This document shows positions 31,178-41,995 of a stretch of DNA of 45,337 nucleotides, piece after piece. Location of the stretch: the IMG/VR virus record IMGVR_UViG_2721755660_000004. One strand, written 5' to 3'. The stretch comes from a virus. Lineage: Duplodnaviria > Heunggongvirae > Uroviricota > Caudoviricetes. Both the position numbers and the translations under genes were made by a program. A model generated the notes under the pieces. The model had not been told where the DNA came from and made no database searches. It saw only the letters and a list, made by a program, of their open reading frames with translations. Positions within the stretch are counted from its first letter, which is position 1; each line of letters begins with the position of its first letter.

Positions 31178-31882
31178 ATGTCCTCTAATTTTGAGCGTTC
31201 GCAACTGACGAAAATTATGATTTCGTCTGCACCGGTAACAGCAGAAACCCTGGATTCTGCCAGCTATCTTGGCCTGAGCTGTACAATCAAAGAGGTGCAG
31301 TTTACCGCAGGACAAAAGCAGGATATTGATGTCACCACGCTGTGTTCTGTTGAGCAGGAAAATATTAACGGCCTTGGTGCCGCGTCAGAGATTTCCATGT
31401 CAGGCAACTTTTACCTCAATGCTGCCCAGAACGCGTTGCGCAGTGCCTATGACAATGACACCACGTATGGCTTTAAAGTTATTTTTCCGTCAGGCAACGG
31501 ATTTACCTTTATGGCAGAGGTGCGTCAGCATACCTGGTCTGCAGGAACTAATGGTGTTGTGGCTGCAACGTTTTCCCTGCGCCTGAAAGGTAAACCTGTG
31601 CTGACGACAGAGCCGCTGAAAGTGAAGGTCGATTTAAACAGCACGCTGCAGGTTTCTGCCGGAGCGAAACTCGAAATGGTGGTTGAGGCTGCCGGTGGTG
31701 TGCCGCCTTATTCTTATGTCTGGAAGAAAGGTAGTTCTCCTGTTTCCGGACAGACGGCGGCAACATTCAGTAAGGCATCAGCAGCATCAGGTGATGCCGG
31801 TGCGTATACCTGCGAGATTTCTGATTCAGCAAGCCCTGTTAACAAGGTGACCTCCACTTCCTGCACTGTTACCGTCAGTTAA
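31178..31882 (+). CDS. Major tail tube protein with a C-terminal Ig-like domain (234 aa from MSSNFERS)
   Basis: AGGAG SD before the ATG at 31178. The C-terminus has an Ig-like signature (PPYSYVWKKG...DAGAYTCEISD). Confidence 0.85.
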   Translation: MSSNFERSQLTKIMISSAPVTAETLDSASYLGLSCTIKEVQFTAGQKQDIDVTTLCSVEQENINGLGAASEISMSGNFYLNAAQNALRSAYDNDTTYGFKVIFPSGNGFTFMAEVRQHTWSAGTNGVVAATFSLRLKGKPVLTTEPLKVKVDLNSTLQVSAGAKLEMVVEAAGGVPPYSYVWKKGSSPVSGQTAATFSKASAASGDAGAYTCEISDSASPVNKVTSTSCTVTVS

Positions 31883-31896
31883 TGAGGATAGATGTG

Positions 31897-32268
31897 ATGA
31901 CTAAAAATATCCGCAATCTGGCACTGGCAACGATGTCGGGGTTTCGCCATAAAACTGTTGATGTGCCTGAATGGGAAGGGGCAACGGTTGTATTACGGGA
32001 ACCTTCTGCAGAAGCCTGGTTGCGCTGGCAGGAGATCGTTAAAGCAAAAGATGATGAGACACCGTTATCCGTTGCGGAGCGCGCCCGCCGAAATCTGGAG
32101 GCAGATGTTGAACTGTTCATTGATGTTCTGTGTGATACCGGACTGCAACCTGTATTTTCAGAGGATGATCGTGAACAGGTGATTGCCGTGTATGGCCCGG
32201 TGCATGCGCGGCTTCTTCGGCAGTCTCTGGAACTGATCAGTGATGCCGGCGAGGTTAAAAAAAAGTAG
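31897..32268 (+). CDS. Tail assembly chaperone (gpG analogue; 123 aa from MTKNIRN)
   Basis: Position between the tail tube and tape measure genes. It ends in the slippery run A AAA AAG. Confidence 0.8.
   Translation: MTKNIRNLALATMSGFRHKTVDVPEWEGATVVLREPSAEAWLRWQEIVKAKDDETPLSVAERARRNLEADVELFIDVLCDTGLQPVFSEDDREQVIAVYGPVHARLLRQSLELISDAGEVKKK
32259..32265 (+). other. Programmed -1 ribosomal frameshift heptamer A AAA AAG (G to GT fusion)
   Basis: The -1 frame is open from 32259 and continues VALPGMRFLMML... to 32570. This is the canonical arrangement in long-tailed phages. Confidence 0.75.
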
Positions 32269-32570
32269 CGCTTCCGGGGATGCGTTTTCTGATGATGCTG
32301 GCGCTCAGGATGGGGCGCACATTGTCAGAGTTACGCCGGGAAATGTCCGCATCAGAAATCATGATGTGGGCAGAATTTGACAGGTTCAGCCCGCTGGGTG
32401 ACGAACGGGCTGATATCCGGGCTGCCCAGATAGTTTCTGCGGTTTACGGTGCGCAGGGTGTCAAAGTCACACTGAATGATGCGCTTCTTCAGTGGGAACA
32501 AGAGCAGACAGAAGGCGTCTCAGATCCATTTGCCGGACTGGAAAACGCGCTTTTAATAGTGTCTCAGTGA
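32259..32570 (+). CDS. gpT-like extension of the tail assembly chaperone (expressed as the G-T fusion by -1 frameshift)
   Basis: The -1 frame ORF contains the DUF4035-like sequence RTLSELRREMSASEIMMWAEFDRFSPLGDERADIRAAQI. Confidence 0.75.
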   Translation, partial: KKVALPGMRFLMMLALRMGRTLSELRREMSASEIMMWAEFDRFSPLGDERADIRAAQIVSAVYGAQGVKVTLNDALLQWEQEQTEGVSDPFAGLENALLIVSQ

Positions 32571-32578
32571 GTCAACAT

Positions 32579-32599
32579 AACCGCTTCGGCGGTTTTTTT
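32579..32599 (+). terminator. Intrinsic terminator-like hairpin before the tape measure gene
   Basis: AACCGC-TTCG-GCGGTT (a tetraloop) followed by T7. Confidence 0.5.
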
Positions 32600-32609
32600 C
32601 GTCCGGAGA

Positions 32610-35600
32610 ATGAGTGTGGCGACATTACGTGAACTGATTATTAAAATCTCGGCAAATTCCCGGTCATTCCAGTCAGAGATCTCCCGGGCTTCGCGTATGG
32701 GGCAGGATTACTACCGTACCATGCAGAACGGAGGCCGGCAGTCCGCTGCTGCATCCCGTGAAATGCGGCGTGCACTGGCAGAAGTGACGGATCAGATAAA
32801 TACAGCTAAATCTTCGGCACTGAATATGGCGGGGGCATTTGCCGGAGCTTTTGCTACCGGTCATCTTATTTCTCTCGCCGATGAGTGGAATTCAGTAAAT
32901 GCCCGTCTGAAGCAGGCTTCACAGTCCAGTGATGATTTTCAGGTATCACAACGTGAATTAATGGCAATCAGCCAGAGAACGGGAACGGCGTTTTCTGATA
33001 ACGCCAGCCTTTTTGCCCGCTCTGCAGCTTCCATGCGGGAGTATGGCTACAGTTCTGAGGAGGTACTGAAAGTCACCGAGGCGATCTCCACGGGCCTGAA
33101 ATTATCCGGTGCCAGTACAGCAGAAGCCAGTTCGGTGATCACGCAGTTCAGTCAGGCACTGGCGCAGGGAGTGCTGCGCGGTGAAGAATTTAACTCTGTG
33201 AATGAGAACGGCGATCGTGTTATTCGTGCGCTGGCTGCGGGAATGGGTGTTGCCCGTAAGGATCTGAAGGCCATGGCGGATAACGGAAAACTGACCGCCG
33301 ATAAGGTTGTTCCTGCACTGATTAGTCAGCTTGGGGCGTTGCGTGATGAATATGCAGCAATGCCTGATACTGTTTCATCCTCTGCAACCAAAGTTGAAAA
33401 CGCCTTTATGGCCTGGGTTGGTGGTGCGAACGAGGCAAGCGGAGTGACAAAGACACTCACCGGGGTGTTGAATGGTGTTGCAGACAATATGGATACCGTG
33501 GCTGCTGCAGCTGGCGCACTGGTTGCCGTCGGGGTAGCCCGATATTTTGGCAATATGGCGTCGTCTGCTGGATCTGCAACTGCCGGATTAATTACTGCAG
33601 CCAGAAACGAAGTGGCTCTTGCTGAAGCGCAACTTCGGGGGACACAGATAGCAACCGCCAGGGCGCGTGCGGCGGTTTATCGTGCGCAACAGGCGGTTGT
33701 TGCTGCTCGCGGTACCGAAAGGCAGGCCGCAGCAGAAGCGAAGCTGACAGCTGCCCAGGCGTCACTTACCCGTAATATTGCGGCCAGAACAGCGGCACAG
33801 ACAACGCTGAATACTGTCACGTCAGTGGGGAGTCGTCTGTTAAGTGGTGCGCTGGGGTTGGTTGGTGGTGTGCCGGGACTCGTCATGCTGGGGGCGACGG
33901 CCTGGTACACGATGTATCAGAATCAGGAGCAGGCCAGAGAATCTGCACGCCAGTATGCCGCAACAATCGACGAAATTCGCCAGAAAACGTCGGCAATGTC
34001 GCTTCCTGAAGCGTCAGATAATGAGGAAAAGACGCGGCAGGCACTTGATGAGCAAAACAGGTTAATTGACGAGCAGAAAAGTAAGATTAAATCCTTACAG
34101 GAAAAAATTGCTGGCTATCAGTATGTGCTGGCAAACCCGGGCTGGACAACCGATAACGGTTTTATGATTAACCACATGACGTCGGTAAAAACTGTCACAG
34201 AAGGGCTTGCAGAAGCAACAAATCAACTGGCAGTTGAACAGTCCCGTCTCACACAAATGCAGGGCAAAGCGCAATCCATTCAGGATGTGCTTGCCGGGCT
34301 GGAGGAGCGACGGGTGGCGTTGATCCGTCAACAGGCCGCGGAACAAAACAAAGCGTATCAGTCCCTGTTGATCATGAATGGGCAGCATACCGAGTTTAAT
34401 CGCCTTCTCGGGCTCGGTAATGAATTACTTCAGCAGCGACAGGGGCTGGTGAATGTACCGTTACGGCTACCACAGGCAACCCTGGATGATAAACAGCAGA
34501 CCGCACTGAATAACAGTGAGCGCGAACTGGCTCTGTCCCGCCTGAAGGGGGAAGCCCGTGAGCGTGCCCGCCTGGGTTATGCTGCGGATGATCTCGGCTT
34601 TGTGGGAGAGGCGTATCAGACAGCCAGACAGAATTATATCAATAACTCACTGGATGCCTGGCGAAATAACCAGGCAAATAAACCCAAAGCGCATAAAAAG
34701 ACCGAAGCGGAAAAAACAGAAGATATTTATAAACGGCTGATTAAACAGCAAAAAGAACAAATAGCACTGGCAGGGCAGAATACTGAACTGGCTAAGATGA
34801 AATATCAGGTCAGTCAGGGCGAATTATCAACCCTGTCAGAAGCGCAGAAAAAAACGCTTTTGCAGAATGCAGCACTCATCGACCAGAAAAAGATTCGTGA
34901 GCAGCTTGCTGCGTATGAGAGCAGTCTGGCGGACAGTAATGCCAGTGCCCGGGCATCTGACGAAGCGCAGTTGCTGGGATATGGTGAAGGCTCACGGATG
35001 CGTGAACGACTCCAGGAAATGTGGAGTATCCGGCAGGCGTTTGAGCAGAAAAATAACGAGCTGCTGAGACAGTATCAGGCCGGAGAAATTGAAGAAGCTC
35101 TGTGGAAACAGGAGAAAGAACTGAATAAAAAATATCTGGAAGAGCGTCTCAGCGATCAGCAGGATTATTATGCAAAGGCCGATGCTTTACGTAATAACTG
35201 GAATGCCGGACTCCAGGAGGGACTGACCAACTGGGCAGACAGTGCCACCGATTATGCTTCACAGGCGGCAGATGCTGTCGTTTCCACGATGGACGGGCTG
35301 GTATCAAATATTTCCGATGCACTGGCCGGGAATGTTGTGGACTGGAGGAACTGGGGGAGTTCAGTTCTCCGGGAAGTTTCAAAAATTCTGATGAATGCAG
35401 CCATTGTTAACGGACTGAAATCACTCTCCGGTGCCGGAGGGTGGCTTGGTACGGTCGGCGGATGGATTTCGGGGGCAGTGGCAAACGCAAAAGGTGGTGT
35501 TTACACATCGGCAAATCTGAGTGCTTACAGTAACACTATTGTGGATACACCGACGTATTTTGCTTTTGCGAAAGGTGCCGGGTTGATGGGCGAGGCCGGG

Positions 35601-35843
35601 CCTGAAGCAATCATGCCACTGACACGGGCAGCGGACGGCTCTCTTGGGGTCAGGGCCATTGGAAATGTGAATGGTGGCGGTGGATTTGTTTATTCTCCCG
35701 TGTATCACATCAGCATTCAGAATCAAGGGAGCAATGGCGAGATAGATGCGCGCTCAGCCAGGGGACTGGTGGATCTGATCGACAGCAGGGTTGTGTCAAT
35801 TATGCAGTCATCGCGTCGGGATGGAGGATTGTACAGTGCCTGA
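32610..35843 (+). CDS. Tail tape measure protein (1077 aa)
   Basis: Length, Ala/Gln-rich helical composition, and position after the G/GT genes. Confidence 0.92.
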   Translation: MSVATLRELIIKISANSRSFQSEISRASRMGQDYYRTMQNGGRQSAAASREMRRALAEVTDQINTAKSSALNMAGAFAGAFATGHLISLADEWNSVNARLKQASQSSDDFQVSQRELMAISQRTGTAFSDNASLFARSAASMREYGYSSEEVLKVTEAISTGLKLSGASTAEASSVITQFSQALAQGVLRGEEFNSVNENGDRVIRALAAGMGVARKDLKAMADNGKLTADKVVPALISQLGALRDEYAAMPDTVSSSATKVENAFMAWVGGANEASGVTKTLTGVLNGVADNMDTVAAAAGALVAVGVARYFGNMASSAGSATAGLITAARNEVALAEAQLRGTQIATARARAAVYRAQQAVVAARGTERQAAAEAKLTAAQASLTRNIAARTAAQTTLNTVTSVGSRLLSGALGLVGGVPGLVMLGATAWYTMYQNQEQARESARQYAATIDEIRQKTSAMSLPEASDNEEKTRQALDEQNRLIDEQKSKIKSLQEKIAGYQYVLANPGWTTDNGFMINHMTSVKTVTEGLAEATNQLAVEQSRLTQMQGKAQSIQDVLAGLEERRVALIRQQAAEQNKAYQSLLIMNGQHTEFNRLLGLGNELLQQRQGLVNVPLRLPQATLDDKQQTALNNSERELALSRLKGEARERARLGYAADDLGFVGEAYQTARQNYINNSLDAWRNNQANKPKAHKKTEAEKTEDIYKRLIKQQKEQIALAGQNTELAKMKYQVSQGELSTLSEAQKKTLLQNAALIDQKKIREQLAAYESSLADSNASARASDEAQLLGYGEGSRMRERLQEMWSIRQAFEQKNNELLRQYQAGEIEEALWKQEKELNKKYLEERLSDQQDYYAKADALRNNWNAGLQEGLTNWADSATDYASQAADAVVSTMDGLVSNISDALAGNVVDWRNWGSSVLREVSKILMNAAIVNGLKSLSGAGGWLGTVGGWISGAVANAKGGVYTSANLSAYSNTIVDTPTYFAFAKGAGLMGEAGPEAIMPLTRAADGSLGVRAIGNVNGGGGFVYSPVYHISIQNQGSNGEIDARSARGLVDLIDSRVVSIMQSSRRDGGLYSA

Positions 35844-36177
35844 GCCTGAAGTTTTTAACTGGATCCCCCGTGAGGGGATGGAGACGACACGAAAGCCATC
35901 AGTTATTACGGTAAAGTTTGGTGACGGATATGAACAGCGACGGGCTGGTGGTCTGAATGCGGATCTGAAAACGTTTAAACCGGTATTTCGTGTCACAGAT
36001 GAATATTCCCGTGCCGCGCTGGACAGTTTTTTATCCCGTCATGCCGGGATTCGTGCTTTTTTGTGGCGTCCGCCAAAACACAACAGGACTGTCCGGGTTG
36101 TCTGCAGGGAGTGGAGCATTTCGGATAATACCATGTATACCGATTTTAACTGTACCTTTGAAGAGGTCACTCACTGA
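35836..36177 (+). CDS. M: Minor tail protein M (113 aa, GTG start)
   Basis: Collinear with lambda M (VKFGDGYEQRRAGGLNADLKTF...FLWRPP). GGAGG SD 8 nt before the GTG at 35836. Confidence 0.88.
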   Translation: MPEPEVFNWIPREGMETTRKPSVITVKFGDGYEQRRAGGLNADLKTFKPVFRVTDEYSRAALDSFLSRHAGIRAFLWRPPKHNRTVRVVCREWSISDNTMYTDFNCTFEEVTH

Positions 36178-36875
36178 TGCAGGATATACAGCAGGAAACA
36201 CTCAATGAGTGCACTAAAACGGAGCAATCCGCGCTGGTCGTGCTCTGGGAAATTGATCTGACAGAGGTCGGCGGAGATCGTTATTTCTTCTGTAATGAGC
36301 AGAACGAAAAAGGTGAACCAGTCACCTGGCAGGGGCGGCAGTATCAGGCTTATCCCATTCAGGGAAGCGGATTTGAGATGAACGGCAAAGGAGCCAGTGC
36401 AAGGCCAACGCTTAAAGTCTCTAATCTGTACGGCATGGTCACCGGGATGGCGGAAGATCTGCAGAGTCTGGTCGGCGGAACGGTGGTCCGGCGTAAGGTT
36501 TACGCCCGTTTTCTGGATGCGGTGAACTTCGTCAACGGAAACAGTGACGCCGATCCGGAGCAGGAGGTGATCAGCCGCTGGCGCATCGAACAGTGCAGCG
36601 AACTGAGCGCGGTCAGTGCCTCTTTTGTGCTGTCCACACCGACGGAAACGGACGGTGCTGTTTTTCCGGGGCGCATCATGCTGGCCAACACCTGCACCTG
36701 GATCTACCGCGGCGATGAGTGCGGTTATGATGGCCCGGCGGTCGCGGATGAATATGATCAGCCGACGTCCGATATCACGAAGGATAAATGCAGCAAATGC
36801 CTGAGCGGCTGTAAGTTTCGCAATAACGTCGGCAACTTTGGCGGCTTCCTTTCCATTAACAAACTTTCGCAGTGA
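36177..36875 (+). CDS. L: Minor tail protein L (232 aa)
   Basis: Lambda L-like, including the C-terminal Cys cluster (CTWIYRGDECGY...CSKCLSGCKFR). Confidence 0.92.
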   Translation: MQDIQQETLNECTKTEQSALVVLWEIDLTEVGGDRYFFCNEQNEKGEPVTWQGRQYQAYPIQGSGFEMNGKGASARPTLKVSNLYGMVTGMAEDLQSLVGGTVVRRKVYARFLDAVNFVNGNSDADPEQEVISRWRIEQCSELSAVSASFVLSTPTETDGAVFPGRIMLANTCTWIYRGDECGYDGPAVADEYDQPTSDITKDKCSKCLSGCKFRNNVGNFGGFLSINKLSQ

Positions 36876-37624
36876 ATCCCATGACAGAGACAGAATCAGC
36901 GATTCTGGCGCACGCCCGGCGATGTGCGCCAGCGGAGTCGTGCGGCTTCGTGGTGAGAACACCGGAGGGGGAAAGATATTTTCCCTGCGTGAATATCTCC
37001 GGTGAGCCGGAGGCGTATTTCCGGATGTCGCCGGAGGACTGGCTGCGGGCAGAGATGCAGGGTGAGATTGTGGCGCTGGTCCACAGCCACCCCGGTGGTC
37101 TGCCCTGGCTGAGTGAGACCGACCGGCGGCTGCAGGTGCAGAGTGATTTGCCGTGGTGGCTGGTCTGCCGGGGGGCGATTCACAAGTTCCGCTGTGTGCC
37201 ACATCTTTCCGGGCGGCGCTTTGAGCACGGGGTGACGGACTGTTACACGCTGTTCCGGGATGCTTACCATCTGGCGGGGATTGAGATGCCGGATTTTCAT
37301 CGCGAGGATGACTGGTGGCGTAACGGTCAGAATCTCTATCTGGATAATCTGGAGGCCACAGGGCTGTATCAGGTGCCGTTGTCAGCGGCGCAGCCGGGCG
37401 ATGTGCTGCTGTGCTGTTTTGGTTCATCGGTGCCGAATCATGCCGCCATTTACTGTGGTGACAGCGAGCTGCTGCACCATATTCCTGAACAACTGAGCAA
37501 ACGAGAGAGGTACACCGACAAATGGCAGCAACGCACACACTCCCTCTGGCGTCACCGGGCATGGCACGCATCTGCCTTTACGGGGATTTACAACGATTTG
37601 GCCGCCGCATCGACCTTCGAGTGA
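36872..37624 (+). CDS. K: Tail tip assembly protein K (JAB/MPN plus NlpC/P60 domains; 250 aa)
   Basis: Almost collinear with the remembered lambda K sequence (ESAILAHARRCAPAESCGFVV...HSHPGG...DCYTLFRDAYH). Confidence 0.92.
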   Translation: MNPMTETESAILAHARRCAPAESCGFVVRTPEGERYFPCVNISGEPEAYFRMSPEDWLRAEMQGEIVALVHSHPGGLPWLSETDRRLQVQSDLPWWLVCRGAIHKFRCVPHLSGRRFEHGVTDCYTLFRDAYHLAGIEMPDFHREDDWWRNGQNLYLDNLEATGLYQVPLSAAQPGDVLLCCFGSSVPNHAAIYCGDSELLHHIPEQLSKRERYTDKWQQRTHSLWRHRAWHASAFTGIYNDLAAASTFE

Positions 37625-38169
37625 AAACGGGGGCCGAAGCCATCCGGGCGCTGGCCATGCAGATCCCGGCGTTTCGTCAGAAACTGAGTGACGGCTGGTA
37701 TCAGGTACGGATTGCCGGGCGTGATGCAGGTGAAACCGAATTGTCTGCCCGTCTTAATGAGCCGCTGGCAAATGGTGCCGTGATCCACATCGTTCCGCGT
37801 CTGGAGGGGGCCAAAAGTGGCGGTGTGTTTCAGGCGGTGCTGGGTGCGGCGCTGATTGCGGTGGCATGGTGGAACCCTGTGGGCTGGCTGGGGGCCGCGG
37901 CTGTATCGGGTATGTATGCAGCAGGGGCCAGTATGATCCTGGGTGGTGTGGCGCAGATGCTGGCACCGAAAGCCAGGACGCCCACGGCAGCCAGTACAGA
38001 TAACGGCAAACAGAACACGTATTTCTCGTCACTGGATAACATGGTTGCCCAGGGCAATGTTCTGCCCGTTCTGTACGGTGAAATGCGTGTGGGGTCGCGG
38101 GTGGTATCTCAGGAGATCAGCACGGCAGATGAAGGTGATGGTGGTCAGGTTGTGGTGATTGGTCGCTGA
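37522..38169 (+). CDS. I: Tail tip assembly protein I (215 aa)
   Basis: N- and C-termini match lambda I (MAATHTLPLASPGMARICLYGDLQRFGRR...; ...GEMRVGSRVVSQEISTADEGDGGQVVVIGR). Confidence 0.92.
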   Translation: MAATHTLPLASPGMARICLYGDLQRFGRRIDLRVKTGAEAIRALAMQIPAFRQKLSDGWYQVRIAGRDAGETELSARLNEPLANGAVIHIVPRLEGAKSGGVFQAVLGAALIAVAWWNPVGWLGAAAVSGMYAAGASMILGGVAQMLAPKARTPTAASTDNGKQNTYFSSLDNMVAQGNVLPVLYGEMRVGSRVVSQEISTADEGDGGQVVVIGR

Positions 38170-38188
38170 TGAAAAATGTTTTATGTGA

Positions 38189-38210
38189 AACCGCCTCCGG
38201 GCGGTTTTGT
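38189..38210 (+). terminator. Terminator-like hairpin between I and J
   Basis: AACCGCC-TCCG-GGCGGTT followed by TTTTGT. Confidence 0.45.
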
Positions 38211-38229
38211 CGTTTATGGAGCGTGAGGA

Positions 38230-41200
38230 ATGGGTAAAGGCAGCAGTAAGGGGCATACCCCGCGCGAAGCGAAGGACAACCTGAAGTCCACGCAGTTGCT
38301 GAGTGTGATTGATGCCATCAGCGAAGGTCCGGTTGAAGGTCCGGTGGATGGATTAAAAAGCGTGCTGCTGAACAGTACGCCGGTGCTGGACAGCGAGGGG
38401 AATACCAATATCTCCGGCGTCACGGTGGTGTTCCGGGCAGGTGAGCAGGAGCAGACTCCGCCGGAGGGATTTGAATCCTCCGGCTCCGAGACGGTGCTGG
38501 GTACGGAAGTGAAATACGACACGCCGATCACCCGCGCCATCACGTCGGCAAACATCGACCGACTGCGCTTTACCTTCGGTGTGCAGGCACTGGTGGAAAC
38601 CACCTCAAAGGGGGATCGGAATCCGTCGGAAGTCCGCCTGCTGGTTCAGATACAGCGTAATGGTGGCTGGGTGACGGAAAAAGACATCACCATTAAGGGC
38701 AAAACCACCTCGCAGTATCTGGCCTCGGTGGTGGTGGGTAACCTGCCGCCGCGCCCGTTCAGTATACGGATGCGCAGGATGACGCCGGACAGCACCACAG
38801 ACCAGCTGCAGAACAAAACGCTCTGGTCGTCATACACCGAAATCATCGATGTGAAACAGTGCTACCCGAACACGGCACTGGTCGGCGTACAGGTGGATTC
38901 GGAGCAGTTCGGCAGCCAGCAGGTGAGCCGTAATTATCATCTTCGCGGGCGCATTCTGCAGGTGCCGTCGAACTATAACCCGCAGACGCGGCAATACAGC
39001 GGTATCTGGGACGGAACGTTAAAACCGGCATACAGCAACAACATGGCCTGGTGTCTGTGGGATATGCTGACCCATCCGCGCTACGGCATGGGGAAACGTC
39101 TTGGTGCGGCGGATGTGGATAAATGGGCGCTGTATGTCATCGGCCAGAATTGCGACCAGTCGGTGCCGGACGGCTTTGGCGGCACGGAGCCGCGCATCAC
39201 CTGTAACGCTTACCTGACCACACAGCGCAAGGCGTGGGATGTGCTCAGTGATTTCTGCTCGGCGATGCGCTGTATGCCGGTATGGAACGGGCAGACGCTG
39301 ACGTTCGTGCAGGACCGACCATCAGATAAGGTGTGGACCTATAACCGCAGTAATGTGGTGATGCCGGATGATGGCGCGCCGTTCCGCTACAGCTTCAGCG
39401 CCCTGAAAGACCGCCATAATGCCGTTGAGGTGAACTGGATTGACCCGAACAACGGCTGGGAGACGGCGACAGAGCTTGTGGAGGACACGCAGGCCATTGC
39501 CCGTTACGGTCGTAACGTCACGAAGATGGATGCTTTTGGCTGTACCAGCCGGGGGCAGGCACACCGCGCCGGGCTGTGGCTGATTAAAACAGAACTGCTG
39601 GAAACGCAGACCGTGGACTTCAGCGTGGGCGCAGAAGGGCTTCGCCATGTGCCGGGCGATGTCATTGAAATCTGTGATGATGACTATGCCGGTATCAGCA
39701 TCGGCGGGCGCGTGCTGGCGGTGAACAGCCAGACCCGGACGCTGACGCTCGACCGTGAAATCACGCTGCCATCCTCCGGCACCACGCTGATAAGCCTGGT
39801 TGACGGAAATGGCAATCCGGTCAGCGTGGAGGTTCAGTCCGTCACCGACGGCATGAAGGTGAAAGTGAGCCGTGTTCCTGACGGCGTTGCCGAATACAGC
39901 GTGTGGGGGCTGAAGCTGCCGACGCTGCGCCAGCGCCTGTTCCGCTGCGTGAGTATCCGTGAGAACGACGACGGCACGTATGCCATCACTGCCGTGCAGC
40001 ATGTACCGGAAAAAGAAGCCATCGTGGATAACGGGGCGCACTTTGACGGCGACCAGAGCGGCACGGTGAATGGTGTCACACCGCCAGCGGTGCAGCACCT
40101 TACCGCCGAAGTCACCGCAGACAGCGGGGAGTATCAGGTACTGGCCCGCTGGGACACGCCGAAGGTGGTGAAGGGCGTGAGCTTCATGCTTCGCCTGACC
40201 GTGGCAGCGGACGACGGCAGTGAGCGGCTGGTCAGCACAGCCCGGACGACGGAAACCACATACCGCTTCAGACAACTGGCGCTGGGGCGTTATATGCTGA
40301 CGGTCCGGGCTGTAAATGCCCGGGGGCAGCAGGGTGATCCGGCGTCGGTATCGTTCCGGATTGCGGCACCGGCAGCGCCTGTCACTATTGAACTGATACC
40401 GGGGTATTTTCAGATAACGGCAGTCCCGCGTCTTGCGGTGTATGACCCGACGGTACAGTTTGAGTTCTGGTTCTCGGAAAAACGGATTGCTGATATCAGG
40501 CAGGTTGAAACCACAGCCCGCTATCTTGGCACGGCGCTGTACTGGATAGCTGCCAGTATTAATATCAGGCCGGGCCATGATTATTACTTTTATATCCGCA
40601 GTGTGAACATCGTCGGTAAATCAGCGTTTGTGGAAGCTGTCGGCCGGCCGGTTAATGATGCTGAGGTGTATCTCAATTTTTTTGAAGGGAAAATAAACAG
40701 CACCCTGCTGGGGCAGGAGCTGAACGATCGTATTAATGCCTCGGCATTGCGCAGTGAAGTTGAGCAACTGGAGGATGAGATCAATCAGCAGATAGAGAGT
40801 GATATTGCTGAAGTGACCCAAAAAATCGGGGAGACAGAAAACAGCCTCACACAGCTGGTTGCGAAAAAAAATGATGAGCTGTCACTGGGTATATCACAGG
40901 TGAGCCAGAGAGTGGATAACGTCAGCAGCGAACTCACGCAGACGGTCAGTCAGAGTAATGAGGAGAATGCACGCCAGATAGCGCAGGTTCGCCAGTATGT
41001 GGATCAAAAAAGCAGTGAAATCATGACGACAACGGACCAGAAGCTGGGAGATCAGGAGGCCACCATCCAGCAGATACAAAAGGTTCAGACGGACACCAGT
41101 AATAACCTGAACAGTATGTGGGCCGTGAAACTGCAGCAGATGCAGGATGGTCGCCTTTATATTGCGGGTATCGGTGCCGGTATTGAGAACACCCCTGACG

Positions 41201-41928
41201 GCATGCAGAGCCAGGTGCTGCTGGCGGCAGACAGGATTGCGATGATTAATCCTGCGAATGGCAACACAAAGCCGATGTTTGTTGGTCAGGGCGATCAGAT
41301 ATTCATGAACGACGTGTTCCTGAAACGCCTGACGGCTCCCACCATTACCAGCGGCGGCAATCCGCCGGTATTTTCCCTGACACCGGACGGGCGGCTGACG
41401 GCGAAAAATGCCGATATCAGCGGTAACGTGAATGCGAACTCCGGGACGCTCAACAACGTCACGATTAACGAGAACTGTCGGGTTCTGGGAAAACTGTCCG
41501 CCAACCAGATTGAAGGCGATCTCGTTAAAACAGTGGGCAAAGCTTTCCCCCGGGACTCCCGTGCACCGGAACGGTGGCCATCAGGGACCATCACCGTCAG
41601 GGTTTATGACGATCAGCCGTTTGACCGGCAGATTGTTATTCCGGCGGTGGCATTCAGCGGCGCTAAACATGAGCGGGAGAATAACGATATTTATTCGTCA
41701 TGCCGCCTGATAGTACGGAAAAACGGTGCTGAAATTTATAACCGTACCGCGCTGGATAATACGCTGATTTACAGTGGCGTTATTGATATGCCAGCTGGTC
41801 GCGGCCACATGACGCTGGAGTTTTCGGTGTCATCATGGCTGGTAAATGACTGGTATCCCACAGCAAGTATCAGCGATTTGCTGGTTGTGGTGATGAAGAA
41901 AGCCACCGCAGGCATCAGTATCAGCTGA
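38230..41928 (+). CDS. J: Host-specificity / central tail fibre protein J (1232 aa)
   Basis: The N-terminus is lambda J-like ([34 protein letters not shown]). Size and position fit. Confidence 0.95.
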   Translation: MGKGSSKGHTPREAKDNLKSTQLLSVIDAISEGPVEGPVDGLKSVLLNSTPVLDSEGNTNISGVTVVFRAGEQEQTPPEGFESSGSETVLGTEVKYDTPITRAITSANIDRLRFTFGVQALVETTSKGDRNPSEVRLLVQIQRNGGWVTEKDITIKGKTTSQYLASVVVGNLPPRPFSIRMRRMTPDSTTDQLQNKTLWSSYTEIIDVKQCYPNTALVGVQVDSEQFGSQQVSRNYHLRGRILQVPSNYNPQTRQYSGIWDGTLKPAYSNNMAWCLWDMLTHPRYGMGKRLGAADVDKWALYVIGQNCDQSVPDGFGGTEPRITCNAYLTTQRKAWDVLSDFCSAMRCMPVWNGQTLTFVQDRPSDKVWTYNRSNVVMPDDGAPFRYSFSALKDRHNAVEVNWIDPNNGWETATELVEDTQAIARYGRNVTKMDAFGCTSRGQAHRAGLWLIKTELLETQTVDFSVGAEGLRHVPGDVIEICDDDYAGISIGGRVLAVNSQTRTLTLDREITLPSSGTTLISLVDGNGNPVSVEVQSVTDGMKVKVSRVPDGVAEYSVWGLKLPTLRQRLFRCVSIRENDDGTYAITAVQHVPEKEAIVDNGAHFDGDQSGTVNGVTPPAVQHLTAEVTADSGEYQVLARWDTPKVVKGVSFMLRLTVAADDGSERLVSTARTTETTYRFRQLALGRYMLTVRAVNARGQQGDPASVSFRIAAPAAPVTIELIPGYFQITAVPRLAVYDPTVQFEFWFSEKRIADIRQVETTARYLGTALYWIAASINIRPGHDYYFYIRSVNIVGKSAFVEAVGRPVNDAEVYLNFFEGKINSTLLGQELNDRINASALRSEVEQLEDEINQQIESDIAEVTQKIGETENSLTQLVAKKNDELSLGISQVSQRVDNVSSELTQTVSQSNEENARQIAQVRQYVDQKSSEIMTTTDQKLGDQEATIQQIQKVQTDTSNNLNSMWAVKLQQMQDGRLYIAGIGAGIENTPDGMQSQVLLAADRIAMINPANGNTKPMFVGQGDQIFMNDVFLKRLTAPTITSGGNPPVFSLTPDGRLTAKNADISGNVNANSGTLNNVTINENCRVLGKLSANQIEGDLVKTVGKAFPRDSRAPERWPSGTITVRVYDDQPFDRQIVIPAVAFSGAKHERENNDIYSSCRLIVRKNGAEIYNRTALDNTLIYSGVIDMPAGRGHMTLEFSVSSWLVNDWYPTASISDLLVVVMKKATAGISIS

Positions 41929-41947
41929 ATTTTATAACCCATATACG

Positions 41948-41971
41948 GGCGCCAGAAATGGCGCCTTTTTT
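41948..41971 (+). terminator. Intrinsic terminator after J
   Basis: GGCGCC-AGAAAT-GGCGCC followed by T6. Confidence 0.65.
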
Positions 41972-41995
41972 ATTGCAGAAAAGCGAGAGGTAATT

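Noticed and set aside
36171-37571. Minus-strand 466-aa ORF
   Set aside because: It is a shadow ORF antisense to the tail genes L, K and I, which are confidently identified by similarity to lambda. Its translation is Pro/Ala/Arg/Ser-rich and low-complexity.
39322-40578. Minus-strand 418-aa ORF inside J
   Set aside because: It is antisense to the J gene, Arg/His/Pro-rich, and has no SD. This is a typical GC-rich shadow frame.
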